Position numbers and translations under genes: made by a program | Origin: Centroscyllium fabricii | Lineage: Eukaryota | Assembly: GCA_051313645.2 (NCBI GenBank) | Contig: JBNRSN020000007.1 | Location: 74,462,001 to 74,526,000, forward strand | Length of the DNA stretch: 64,000 nt | Direction: 5' to 3' | In this document: piece after piece, positions 25,280-38,268 of the stretch | How positions within the stretch are numbered: the first letter of the stretch is position 1 | Layout: each line of letters begins with the position of its first letter | The notes under the pieces: model-generated | The model's database searches: none | Told to the model about the DNA's origin: nothing | What the model saw: only the letters and a program-made list of their open reading frames with translations

Positions 25280-26705
25280 GGTGAGCGTGGACCCCAGCTA
25301 TTCACAATATATATATTGATTGAGATGAGGGAACTAGATGTAACCTCGTTTGCAGACGACACAAAGCTGTGTGGGCGTGTGTGCTGTGAGCAGGATGCTG
25401 AGAAACTCCAGCATGATTTGGACAAGAAATGTGGATAAATGTGTGGTTATTCACTTTGGTGTCAAAACGAGAAGGCAGATTATTATCTGAATGGCAGTAG
25501 ATTGGGAGAAGGGCAAGTGTAACGAAACCTGGGTATTCTTGTGCACCAGGTACAGTAGGCGGTTAAGAAGGCAAATGGTATGTTGGCCTTCGTAGCGAGA
25601 GGGTTTGAGTACAGGAACAAGGATGTCTTGCTGCAGTTGTACAGGGCCTTGGTGAGACCACATCTTGAATATTGAATATTTTGGCCACCTTTATAGAACA
25701 TAGAACATACAGCACTGTACAGGCCCTTGGGCCCTCAATGTAGTGCCACGCTTAGTCCATCTCTGATTTTTCCTGTCCCCCCTACTGTTCCTTCCCCTCC
25801 ATGTACCTATCTATCATCCATTTTTAAAAGCTCCCAGACTGTCCACATCCACTATTTCAGATGGTAGCCTATTCCACTCCCCGACCACTCTGTGTAAAGA
25901 ACTTGCCCCTGCCATCCCTTCTGAATCTTCCTCCTTGAATCTTGTGCTCGTGCCCTCTTGTTGTCGTTCTTCCCACCCGGGGAAACAGTCTCTGCATGTT
26001 TACTCTATCGATCCCCTTCATCTTAAACATCTCTAAGTCCCCCCTCTTCCTTCTCCGCTCCAGGGAGAAGAGTCCCAGCTCCCTCAACCTCTCCTCGTAC
26101 GACTTTCCCCCCATTCCCGGCAGCATCCTGGTGAATCTCCTCTGTACCCTCTCCTTATCTAAGGAAGGATGTTCTTGCCATGGAAGGATGTTCTTTCCAT
26201 GAAAGGAGTAGTGAAGATTCACCAGGCTGATACCTGGGATAGCAGGAATCACATATGAGAAGAGATTGGGTCGATTGGGCTTGTACTCGCTGGAGTTTAG
26301 AAGCGTGAGCGGGGATCTCATTGAAACTTAGAATATTATAACCGGACTGGACAGACTAGATGCAGGAAAGATGTTCCTGATGGGGGTGGGGTGGGGGTGG
26401 GGGGGGGGGGAGTTCAGAACCAGGGGTCACAGTCTAAGGATAAGGGGTAAGTCATTTAGGACAGAGATGAGGAGGAATTTCTTCACCCAGAGTGGTGAAC
26501 CTGTGGAATTCTCTACCACAGAAGGCTGTAGCGGCCAATTCATTAAATATATTCAAGAAGGAGTTGGATATATTTCTTAAGGCTAAAGGGATATGGGGAG
26601 AAAGCTGGGACAATGTATTGAATTTGGCTGCTCAGCCATGATCACATTGAATGGCAGTGCAGGCTTGAGGGGCCAATTCAGCCCACTCCTATTTTCTGTT
26701 TCTGT
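25280..26705 (+). mobile_element. CR1 LINE fragment with an antisense CR1 3' end (about 25693-26152) nested inside
   Basis: + strand FADDTKL motif and CR1 tail; - strand ORF 25869..26321 contains ERVQRRFTRMLPGMGGKSYEERLRELGLFSLERRR. Confidence 0.8.
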
Positions 26706-27714
26706 GAGCTATTTTCATATGTTGAATCAGATTTGCATAAAAGTGACTGGAGCTATGCAAGCTTAATTCATTTGGGAAATTCATTCTTTGGGCTGAATTG
26801 AATCCAGGTCATAGTGACATCACAATTTTAATTTGTTCCAACAAGTTTCATGATAGATTTATAAAAACACGTCAGAGGCCTCGAGGCACATCGGCAGCCT
26901 GCATGACATGACATGACATGAGATGAGCTGTATGGCTGCTGTCTAAGCTAGCAATGGGGTTTCTCCTGCCCTGCACTTTAGCCAAGGGCAGGATGTGAGC
27001 ACTTCCTGCGCACTGACTGCTGAGCAGGGCAGCAGACTTGCTAATCCTTGATCTTGTACGAAGCTTACATCCTGTTCTATTACAGAAAAGCTCTTGCTGC
27101 TCAAATTGGTGCTTGCCTTATTTGTAGTAGGTAGTAAATATGTTGCCCAGGGTAGCAGTGACCATGGATAGTGTTGGCACATTTGATAAGCAACTGGATA
27201 GATATTGGAGAAATGTTTTGATTGAGGTGAGATGGTGTGATGTAGCATTTAGTATCACTCACGTAATCTACAAGCCTCTTGCGTTGAAACATCTCCAACT
27301 CCTTCCAACAGTCACAACACTCCCTTTTATACACTTTGATTTTCCTCAGATTTTAACACGACTGCATGCTGACTGTCCCTGATTAGCCTTCCTTTCCTAT
27401 TGGCTCTTTCACTTCTCCAGTGCATACCATGGTTTTTTCTATTACTTTTAGTGCTGTTTCCTTTTTAAATATTTATCTCCAGTAGTGGCTTCTATATTTT
27501 CTTATGCTCCTACAGGACCACATTCACCTCTACTTAAACTTAACTGAAATTGTTAGATTTCTGTTGACCCTCACTCAAGTACAATGTGGCCTTTGGCCCC
27601 ACTCCCTCAACCTCAGTGTACTTTATCTATTGCATATTAAATCTGGTACATGGGCTGTACATTTCATTGAAAACTCAAGTAGTTGCTTGCTATTTTAGTG
27701 AGGATATTTTTTTA

Positions 27715-28158
27715 AACCATCCATTGATGGGATGTGGGTGTCGCTGGCTGGCTAGGCTGGCATTTAATGCCCATCCCTAATTGCCCTTGAGAAGATGGTG
27801 AGCTGCCTTGAACCGCTGCAGTCTTATTGTTTCTCGTAGCGGTTGTTTACAACTGAGTGGCTTGCTAGGCCATTTCAGAGGGCATTAAGAGTCAACCACA
27901 TGGTCTGGAGTCACATGTAGGCCAGACCAGGTAAGGACGGCAGATTTCCTTCCCTAAAGGACATAAGTGAATCAGATGGGTTTTTGCAACAATCGACAAT
28001 GGCATCATGGTCGCCATTACCAAGACTAACACTTAATTCCAGAATTAATTTGAATTAAATCAGCTGCCGTGGTGGGATTTGAACCCATATCCTCGAACAT
28101 TTGACTGAGCCTCTGGCTTACTAGTCTAGTGACATAACCACTATGCCACCGCCTCCCC
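27715..28158 (-). mobile_element. tRNA-derived SINE (second family)
   Basis: Minus strand begins GGAGGCGGTGGCATAGTGG...GGGTTCAAATCCCACC; second copy at 53985-54422 and a tail piece at about 50990-51095. Confidence 0.75.
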
Positions 28159-29685
28159 CTATAATATAAATAATTGCCTTGTGATGACAGTCTACCACCT
28201 GGTTCCCAAAAATCTTTTTTCTCTGCCATTTTCTTCCTGTCATGGAAATTTCTAATGTACCAAAAGAGCTTAAAGAAAATCACTTGTTTCACAGTAGCAG
28301 TGGGCCTAATTTCACAGGATGCATCTATCCATCACTTCTGTTACAGTAGTGTTGACTGCTCCCAAATGCAGTTATCAATTTTGCTATTGCTGGCTAGTTA
28401 TTAATGGGTGGTGGTTATTGAAATTGGATAATCCCATGCTGTCTCCACTTAATCATAAGGTAAAGGGTACTGTCTGTAATGACAGCTGATCTCTGAAGAG
28501 CCACATTTGTGGCTAGCTTAGCATCTCTTGCATAGTTGAAGATCCAGCCTATTATACCTGAACCCCATAGAACAAAGTTGCAAGTTCAATTCAAATCTCT
28601 GTTGAGTTGGCTGCTCTTAGCCAGGGTAGTGTAGCAATTGGACGACTATAACTGGCCTCACACTCTGGCTTAGAGATCAGATATTTATACAATACCCATT
28701 TGAACCATGTCAACCAAGAGGGAACATTTTGGTAGTGGGGGCAACTTGGAGGGTCCTTGAGGATTGATTTGAGTTCTATGTAAATTTGGTGCACAGCATT
28801 AAACTGTTTTAGCAAATCTATAGCATTGGCAGCTATGCACTAAGCCTAGTAACACCAAAATCTACTTGTCAGAGATGCTTGTGCCAGTTTTTATGCTGAT
28901 CAGTTATCAAACCGGCAGCAAAGCTTGTGACTTGAATCTCCACTGTATACTGGTGGACTTGTATTAGGATTTTACACAAGGCTGGGCATGCTATGTTTAA
29001 CATAGTTGGCAAGTGTTCATAGTTTTTACATCAGTGCTGCCATCAGCATGAAAAGAACAGCTTTGCTGCATTGTTACCTGGGTGTTGAATTGCTGGAGTT
29101 CAGTAAAGTTACCAGGTCTCCAGATCAGCACACAAGTGATGAGGATATCTGGGGCTTTGCAAAATGCTTGAGTAAATGTATCTACCTTTACATCTCATGT
29201 CTAGCTGACTGTTAACCAAGTACCTCTTGCACAGCAGCCAACCATTTCCTGCCTTCATGCTCAGGAGTGTCCTGCAAGCTCTCAAGATCTGTGTGGCCAT
29301 ATATGGCCTTGTACTTATTGACTACCTCAGCCAAGAATATTAGTAATGTACTGCCAAAGTGACCACAGACATTCCAGTCTCTTGTGTTATGTCTGAGTGA
29401 GATGATGGGCTTGTGTAGATAATTAGATTGCCATGGAACCAAATGAATGACTTGAGTATTCAAAGCACAGCTCGGTAACTAACCCCAAGCCTATTGGAAA
29501 AAGTGCAGGCTCTTGGATCAATAAGTACTAGTTACCTTTTCAACTTTCTGCAGTTTGTTCAATTTATTCAGTGCTACATTTCCACAGGTACCTGTAGCCC
29601 TCTGCTGCCTTTTTTCAGTCTAGCCAGTGAATGTTGGTAGACTGTTCAACTATCAGTGGTGCAGAGGTGGGGACAGCATACACAG

Positions 29686-30036
29686 AAACAGAAGATAGGA
29701 GCAGGAGTAGGCTATTTGGCCCTTTGCGCCTGCTCTGCCATTTTGTTGAGATCATGGCTGATCATCCAAACCCAGCACCCCCTCCTACCCTCTCCCCATA
29801 TCCCCCGACACCTCCAACAACTATGTCACACACATACTCGTGGGCAATTTTTAGTATCTCCAATTCACCTGACCTGCATGTCTTTGGGTGGTGGGAGGAA
29901 ACTGGAGTACCCGGAGGAAACTCTCACAAACACTGAGAACCTGCAAACTCCACGCAGAGGTCCTGGGCTAAGCAGGATTCGAACCCAGGAGCTCCTTAAT
30001 GCGAGGCAGCAGTGCTAACCACTGCGCCACCGTGTC
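29686..30036 (-). mobile_element. HE1-related V-SINE variant
   Basis: tRNA head, V-domain and CR1 tail on the minus strand. Confidence 0.75.
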
Positions 30037-30210
30037 GTCCAGCATAATGAGCTCTTGTCTGAGATCAGCTGACATGTGTAAAATGTGACCGCAACATTCA
30101 AGACCACTCTATTAATGACCAACTTAATTTTGCTGAATTTTAGGGATGTGTATTTAAATTAATTGATTGATTGAATCTAGGTGAGTGGAATCTGAAGTCT
30201 GAATCATCTT

Positions 30211-30792
30211 GGGCCAGAAATTCAGGTTGGAGGCGTCCTGCGAGTGCAAGCTTCCAACCCACACTTACTGACCACGCCTGCCGTTCTCCATTCCACCCAC
30301 ATGGAATTCCGATGCAGGGCCCTCCTGAACTGCTGGCGTGCTGCGCTGCTGCATCTGAGCGTTGCAATCAGTGCGAAGCTTCCCGCGGGATCGCATGGTC
30401 CGTGGGGAGTCAATCGGAGCACAGAATGCTCCATTCATAAGTTTGACGGGAAGACCTGTCATATGAATACTACAGCCCCAAAACATCACTAAATCTTAAA
30501 ATAAATGTTTTGAAGAAAATATTTAAAGTATTTAACTGGGCTAAAAATCAACTCGACTTTAGTATTTAAAAATTAAAAACCTGTTTGGGGGTGGGGGGGA
30601 AAGAGGGAAAATCAGAAGTGCATTGCGCACCCGTTGCCGCGCACACTAATGCGTTCCGACCCCAGACCCCTTTCAGGGGATTGTAATTGCCGGTTTCGCG
30701 CGCATGTGTGGTGCATGCCGGAAACTGACCATTACGAAGGGCCCACGTGAGTACCTCATCCGTGTACTCATTGCTGGCTGAATTTCTGGCCC
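30211..30792. mobile_element. MITE with perfect 15-bp TIRs (PIF/Harbinger-like)
   Basis: GGGCCAGAAATTCAG at 30211-30225 and CTGAATTTCTGGCCC at 30778-30792. Confidence 0.75.
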
Positions 30793-31496
30793 ATTAAGAT
30801 AAAAATAAATCAGTGTGAACAGTGAACATTTCCTTTTTAGGCTGATGAGAAATTGCAGCACATTGCTTTTTCCTTTCCTTGTCCTGCCCCCTCCCCATCC
30901 CTCATTCAATTGGCCTCAAATATTACAACTGCAAACCAAGTAAGATTTTAACAACCCTCTTGTTAAGCTATCTACGATTCACTGTCAGCCTTGTATTGGA
31001 GGATGAAAAGGAGGCTTCCAAAAGCCTGTGGTTGTGCCTATGCAGCAGTCCATTGAGTCTCGACTGCTCAGTGATTGAATAGATGGTTAGAAAGCAGAAA
31101 AGTGGGCAAATAGACCAATCAAACATCAAAACAAATCTCCTTTTATGGTCGCAGCCACTGATGTTCTATGATTCTTCTGACTGGGCCAGTAACGCAGACT
31201 GCATCGAATAGACCAGCAGACTGTCGCCAGACCAGGAGCAGCTCCAGGAACTTGCTCCAAGTCAGACCTGCTAGCCACTCATTACTGAACAAATCCAAAT
31301 AGGCCTCTTTCAGTACCTGCTCAAAGGAGTCTATGACCCAGGCAGAGATTGATCAGAAAAGAATGCACATGAAATTTCATGGGTTAGGTGGGCCCATCAA
31401 CAAAAAAAAGTACGGCCTATTGCCTTAAAGCAGCTGACCAACATCCACAAAACCTAATGAAGGCATGACTACCTGCAGTGATGTCACTTTCGTGAA

Positions 31497-31855
31497 GGGT
31501 GGCACAGTGATTAGCACTGTTGCCTTACAGCACTGGAGACCCGGGTTCAAATCCAGCCTCGGGTACTATCTCTGGAGTTTGCACATTCTCCCCGTGTCTG
31601 CGTGGGTTTCCTCTGGGTGCTCCGGTTTCCTCCCACAGTCCAAAGATGTGTGGGTTAGGTTGATTGGCCATGATAAATTGACCCTTGGTGTTAGGGGGAT
31701 TAAATATGTGGGGTTATGGGGATAGGGTGAGCTGTGTGTCGGGCCAGGCTATAGAGGGATGCAGGGACAGGGTACTGGGTTTGGATGATCAGCCATGATC
31801 TCATTGAATGGCGGAGCAGGCTCGAAGGGCCGAATGGCCTACTCCTAGCTTCTAT
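31497..31855 (+). mobile_element. HE1-type V-SINE
   Basis: Colinear with 127-480. Confidence 0.85.
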
Positions 31856-32397
31856 GCAAGTGTATTTATGGCTTGAACAATTGTTTCGAAGGTTGGAGAG
31901 ATATGGGAGTTGGATTAAAGTTGAAATCCTTTGCTGTTCCTGACATCCATTTAACCCTAAATTAATTTTGGAGCTGACAGTAAGCAACTGGAAATGCTAG
32001 GCAAAGACAGAACCAAAATATTGAATATGAAGCGCAAATTGAACTGTGCATTTTTGAAATTCAAATTCAGTTTAGTAGTGCTTTTTTTCTTTTCCAAGAA
32101 ATGGCTTTTTGTAAATAGTTCTACTGTGAACCTCTTATTCTTATCTGATTCCCAAGGAAGCCTAATTGTGAAAATAAAATTAAAGCACTCTGGTTTTACA
32201 TTTTAAGTTGAGCTTGTGATTGTGTACCCAATACAAACTGGCTTTGATGCTGTAATGTTGTCTCTTTTTCTGGCACTGCTCTTGCTTAGCAATTATTTAC
32301 ACTAAATATTTTTAGCCCTTTTTTCATCTTGGACATCAATTTTAACAATCAACAATAACCCTGTTCCGAGGACTAGGGACAGGGTCACTGGCAAGGC

Positions 32398-32470
32398 TTG
32401 GAAGCTAAGCAGAGCCAGGGCTGGTTAGTATTTGGATGGGTGACCACCAGGGAATACCAGGTGCAGAAGG
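32398..32470 (+). pseudogene. 5S rRNA-derived segment (box A/IE/box C), probable head of a SINE3-like element extending to 32646
   Basis: GGAAGCTAAGCAGAGCCAGGGCTGGTTAGTATTTGGATGGGTGACCACCAGGGAATACCAGGTGC matches the 3' two-thirds of vertebrate 5S rRNA with substitutions. Confidence 0.8.
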
Positions 32471-32957
32471 TCACGAAAGGAGTCCCGGGGAGGGACGGTT
32501 GGCTGAAGATTGTTGGAATGATGGGAAGATGGAATGGCGGCGCGCACAGACGCAGCGGCTTTGCTGAACTCTTGGGAGCTTGCAAGATCACATTTCGTTC
32601 ATGTACTTGTACATTGTATAATGAATAAGTTTTATTATTATTATTAATTTGTTCCCCTCGCCTTTTCTCACCTAAAATTCCTCCCTCCCCCACTCCTGCA
32701 ATCAAATACTGGTACTTAACTTTGGTTTGTTCAACACTGGCAAGAGCATTGGTGACATACATTGAGCGTACAACACAAACGGGCCTTTTGGCCCAACTAG
32801 TTTATGCTCTACAAATGCTCCACACAAGCCTCCTCCCATCCTACTTCATCTAACCCTATCAGAATATCCTTCTATACCTTTCCCTCATGCTTATCTAGCA
32901 TCCCCTTAAATTACATTACATAGCAGGGCGTCACAAAACCGCTTGCCCGGGGCAAGT

Positions 32958-35535
32958 CTGAGGCATTGCTCGCCACCTGGAATGGGATGGATTCGTCCAC
33001 GGCATGCATCGCGGCCTTGGCAAGGTCTGCCTTAATACCGCTGAAAGCCAGGCGGGCCTCTGTCAGGGGAAAAGAGATGGACTTGATGAGGGGGCGGGCC
33101 TTGTCCGCATAATTGGGGACCCACTGGGCGTAGTATGAAAAGAAGCCCAGGCATCTCTTCAGGGCCTTGAGGCAGTGGGGGAGGGGGCGCATGCGGTCGG
33201 GGTCAGGGCTGATGACTCCGTTCTCCATAACACAACCAAGGGTGGCGAGGCGGGTTGTGCGGAATACACATTTCACCCTGTTGTAAGTCAGATTCAGGAG
33301 TTTGGCGTCATGGTCATGGCCGCAGATGGTGACGTTATCCAGATACAGAAATGTGGCCTGCAGCCTGTTCTGGTCAACCATTCGGTCCATCTCCCGCGGG
33401 AAGACAGAGACCCCATTAGTGATGCCAAAGGGAACCCTAAGGAAGTGGTAGAGGCTGCCATCTGCCTCGAAGGCAGTATATTGGCGGTCCTCCGGGCGGA
33501 TAGGGAGCTGGTGGTACGCAGACATCAAATCGATGGTGGAGAACACCCGATATTGTGCAATCTGATTGACCATGTCAGATACGCGTCCAACTGCATATAT
33601 CGGTTAATGGTCTGACTATAGTCAATGACCATGCGGTGCTTCTCGCCAGTCTTTACCACCACCACTTGGGCTCTCCAGGGGCTGGTGCTAGCCTCAATGA
33701 TCCCCTCCTTCAGGAGCCGCTGTACCTCTAACTTGATCTGTCCCCGATACTGTACCGCCTACTCTTGGTGGCGACTGGCTTACAGTCTGGGGTGAGGTTC
33801 GTGAACAGCGGAGGAGGGGCGACCTTAAGGGTCGAGAGGCTGCAGGTGGTGCGCGGTGGACGATTTAAAGGCTGCCGGCTGTAAGCAGTGGGGCGAGGGG
33901 CTGTGGGTGGCGCGCTGTGGGCAATTCGAAAACTGCTGGCTGCAGACAGTGAGGGGCCCATCGTACTCCATTGTCGCACTCTGGAGGTGACATTGAAAGT
34001 CAAGCCCCAGCAGCGCAGAGCTATGACAGCACGAGTTTAAAGTTTTTATATTCTGTGCCCCGCACCGTTGGGGTCGCTACGCAGTAGCCGCAGACATCTG
34101 CTGTATGAGATTTTGAGGCCATCGATATCTTTGACTTGCTGGCCATACCGACAGAGATAGCGCCGCACCGTATCAGGGTGGATGAAACTCTGTGCTCCCG
34201 CTGTCGAATAGGCAGTTCGTTGTGCGGCCGTTTACCTTAATGGCCATTATAGACCTGGCGAGTTGGAGGCCTGGATTGGTCCAGGGTGATGGAGGCCAGC
34301 ATTGGGTTTGATGAGTTGTACTCCGTTGAGGCAGTGGGGAAGTCAGGGCCCTGGTCCCAAGATGGCAGCCTGCACGGTTCACACGCAGCCGGCGACATCA
34401 AAGATGGCGCCTAGTCCCAAGATGATGGCCCTGCGTGGCGCTGCTCGATTTGGGGGCCGGTTTGGCTCTGCACACATTGGCGTAGTGTCCCTTCTTACCG
34501 CACCCGGAGCAGATCGCGTCCTTCACCGGGCAGCGTTGTCTGAGGTGCTTGGCCCGACCGCAGAAGTAGCACTTCGAGCCGCCTGGCATCGCAGCGGTCG
34601 TTGGGTCGCTGGTCGGTCGTGGCAGAAGTGGCGTAGCGCAGGCCTGCGGCCTTCCCAAGTCCCAAGATGGCGGCACCCGCGATCTCCCCGAGGCGGCCGC
34701 GTGGTCAGGGGAGTAGGCGTCCATGTTCCTGAGGCCCACGTCTAGCGAGTCCGCGAGCTCTAGTCTTTTGCAGGTCGCGCCCACCCTGTTCAACAGACTT
34801 TGTTGGATGTAGCCAGACCTGATGCTGGCTACATAGGCGTCCCTGATCAAGCTCTGCACTATAGCCGACACCGCTTTAGTCACAGGCCTGACCGTGGGTT
34901 CGCAGCGCCCGCAGGTATTCATCGCTCGACTCACCGGGTTGCTGCTTGCGGGTAGCCAGGAGGTGCCTGGTGTAGACTGTTGACCTTTAGTGTACTGGCC
35001 TTTTAAGAGCCTGATCGCTTCGGGGTAGGTCGTAGCATCTCTGATCATTGAGTACACTCTTGGGCCTACCCGGGCGTTGCGGACTAGTAGTTTTTCGGCA
35101 TCTGGCCGGACGGTCGTGCCGGATGTGTGGAGGAATGCTTCGAAACAGCTCAGCCAGTGCTCGAAAGTGTTAGAAGCATCTGGCGATTGCAGATCCAGTT
35201 CTAGCATTGTAGGTTTCAGAATTTGCTCCATGGTACAAAATTTAGCGAATAAAATTGGTATAAAATTTTAAATTGATATGCGCTAAGACTAGAAGTTATG
35301 CGATGAACAGATAGGCTTTTAATCGCTAAAGGAGTAGCATACCATTCTGTTGAGTGACTGTTCCCCAGCCCCCCTTCAGTCTTGGACCAGTTACCTTTAT
35401 ATACCTGGGTCTGGGGAAGGAGCCACAAGTGGGGCCAGCAGGTCCGGGGGAGGAGCCACACGTGGGGCCAGCAGGGGCATGTCCAGACAGGTTACATGCA
35501 GTGAACTATAATACAATATATACAGTAGTGGTTTA
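32958..35535 (-). mobile_element. Truncated Ty3/Gypsy LTR retrotransposon: LTR, gag, protease, RT, start of RNase H
   Basis: ORF 34398..35231 with CYFCGRAKHLRQRC and CSGCGKKGHYANVC zinc knuckles; LFDSGST protease (34173..34382); RT motifs TIDLMSAYHQL, VPFGITNG and YLDN (32911..33573); frameshifted. Confidence 0.9.
35274..35535 (-). repeat. 5' LTR of the Gypsy element (approximate)
   Basis: Minus-strand TATA (GGTATATAAAG near 35395-35405), ATTAAA near 35318-35323, ends ...TATCA just upstream of gag; no second LTR to confirm the boundaries. Confidence 0.6.
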
Positions 35536-36030
35536 AGCCGCTTGATCGAGGGAACGGGTGGGTGGCTCCTGTCCTGGAGGCGGGTGCAGATTGGCTGAGG
35601 GGGGTGGGGTGCCAGGCGGCGTGGCAGGTATTTGAGGAGGCAGCGTGTCAATCGGGGAATGGGGCAGCAGGCGGGTTAGGTGGAGCAGGCTGGTGGCGCG
35701 GCAAGAGTGGGTCGGTGCCGTCGACCCGCTGAGGAGAGAGAAAACCGGAGCGGTGGCTGGACGAAGGTAGGCGGGGAGTGAGGGAGTCTGCGGAGGCTTC
35801 ACAAAGTTTGGTAAATGAGGGAAGAATGTTCAGAGTAGAGAGAGGGGGGCAGAAACTTGGCCAATGCAACTGTGCCTTTAATCACAATCTATTTCTATAT
35901 ATTGAAGCATTTTAATGTAAAATATTGATTACAAAAAATTTCAGGCAAGTGAAATTTGTGTTCTGGCAAGTGTTTTAGAAATCCACTTGCCTGACTGGGC
36001 AAGTGAGAACATTTTTTTTGTAGCACCCTG

Positions 36031-37411
36031 CATAGGATTACATGGGATTAAAGGCACTGAATTTGGCCCAACCCATCTGTGCGCCACTTGAGGCTCCCCC
36101 TGTCTTTCCTCATCTAATTCTATCAATGTAACACTCTTCCCTTTTCCCTCCGTATGCTTGTCTAGCCTCCTGTTAAATGCATCTATTTGCCTCAACCACT
36201 CCATGGCAGTGAGTTCCACATTCTTGCCACTCTTTGGGTAAAGTTTCTTCTGAAATCCCTATTGGATTTCTTGGTGGTGACTGTCTTGTATTGATGGCCT
36301 CTAGTTATGCTCTTCCCCACAAGTAGAAACATTCTCTCCCTATCCACTCTCCCTATCCACTCTATTGCAACCTTTCATAATTTTAAAGACCTATTAGGTC
36401 AAATCTCAGCCTTTTTTCCCCCCTGTTCATCATCCTTTCCTGATGGGTATACCCTGGCATTTCTGGTAACATCCTTGCAAATCTTATATGCCCATTCTGC
36501 AAGTAATTTGTCTCACTCCTCCTCAGTATTGACTGTCTTTCCCCCCCCCCCCCCCCCCTACAAATTTAAAAATTGGATCTTTTGATTCCTAAGTCTGAAT
36601 TGTGAAATGCACTGGTCCCAGCACTGATCCTTGTGGAACACCACTACCCACTTTCTGGACTGAATAGCTACCCTTTACTCTCCCTCTCTGCTTTCTGTCT
36701 TGAAGCCAGCTGGCGACCCATTCTGGTACTTGTACCTTGACTCTGCATTCTCTGATCTTATTCATTAGTCTATTTATTATGGGGTACCTTATCAAAGGCC
36801 TGTTAAAAAATTTAGATAAATTACATCTACTGCGTTAACATTGTCTACTCTGTTGCTTCTTCAAAAAATTCAATAAGGTTGGTCAAGCAAGACTTTCCCT
36901 TTTTGAAATTCATGCTGACTATTCATTATTATACTTTGCATTTCTAGATGTTCTTCAATTTGCACCTTTTTTTTAGTAGGGATTCCATTATTTTTCCTAC
37001 CACCAATGTTAAGCTGATTGGTCTATAATTCCCTGGACATGTTCTATTCTCCCTTTTTACATATAGGAATTATGTTAGCTATCCACTAGGAATTATGTTG
37101 GCTATCCACTAGGTATTATGTTAGCTATCCACTAGTCCTCTGGCATTACATCCTTTTTTCTAATGCATTGTATGTGTAGTAATGCCGCTGTTATCTCTTC
37201 CCTAGATTCTTTTAAAATGCGTGGATTCAATCCATCCAGACCAGGGGTTTTATTCTGACCGATTTTAGTTTATTTAATATCCTTTTTTAAAATTTTAAAT
37301 GCACTTATCTCATTACTCATCTGATCATTCAACATCATGTCCACCTGTTCTATCTCCCTGGTAAATACTGAAGCAAAATAATTTAATATTTCTGCCATCT
37401 CTCTCTCTCTC

Positions 37412-37467
<56 letters not shown>

Positions 37468-37990
37468 GTTACCTGTGGTATTATCCTGTCTATCTCTTAA
37501 TGGTCCTATTCCCATCCCAAGCTTTTTATTGATGCGCCTGTAAAATATTTTACTATTGTTTTATGATCCTTGATTTAATTTCATAGTTACTCTTTGCCTT
37601 CCTAATTTGTTTGTTGATTTCTCCTAATCCCTTTGTATTCTAAACCCTTCGTATTATCTCATCATGCACTCTTCTGCCTGTGTACTTAATGTATGCCTCT
37701 TTCCTTACACTCAGTTCTTTCCTTATTTATCCATGGAGTCTCATTAGTGTTTAATTTGGTTTCTTTAAGTGGAATATATTTTTCCTGTACTCCACCATTA
37801 AATGTGTCCTATTGTTTGCAAAATATTGCCCATTTTATCTTCCCAAGTTCTATACTCGGCCCCTCAAATCAACTTTTCTCTAATCTATTAACCTGTTTTT
37901 TGTCATACTTCTGTCCTTCTCTAATATCTCTAATATCCTAACACATTATATTAAGGTCACTATTACCTATATGTTCCCCTACATTTACTT
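36031..37990 (-). mobile_element. CR1 LINE fragments
   Basis: Minus-strand ORFs SWLQDRKQRGRVKG...SGVPQGSVLGP and EMAEILNYFASVFT; CR1 tail at 36031. Confidence 0.8.
37398..37465. repeat. (CT)n microsatellite
   Basis: Read directly from the sequence. Confidence 0.95.
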
Positions 37991-38268
37991 TTTTAAAAAT
38001 CTGCTCTGGCTCCTTCCCCATAACTAGATCCAATAGCAAATCTCCCTTGTTGGGTTTTCTACATATTTGGTTCGAATGCATCTCTGGTATTTGTCTCAAC
38101 TATTCCTTGTGCTAGTGCATTCCACATTCTTGCCATTCTCTTAAAAGTTTCTCCTGAATTCCCTATTGGATTTATTGGTGATTATCTTATATTTGTATAT
38201 TTGACCCCCCCCCCCCCCCCATAAGTGGAAACATTTTATCTGCAGCTACCCTATCAAACCATTTAATT

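Larger units (their letters stand above)
32924..36030. mobile_element. Non-autonomous DNA transposon ends (CAGGG TIRs, hAT-like) enclosing a Gypsy fragment
   Basis: CAGGGCGTCACAAAA / TTTTGTAGCACCCTG; GGCAAGT and CTTGCC subterminal motifs at both ends; CATAG on both flanks. Confidence 0.65.

Noticed and set aside
32398-32470. Functional 5S rRNA gene
   Set aside because: The 5' third is missing, there are many substitutions, there is no T-run terminator, and it is not in a tandem array
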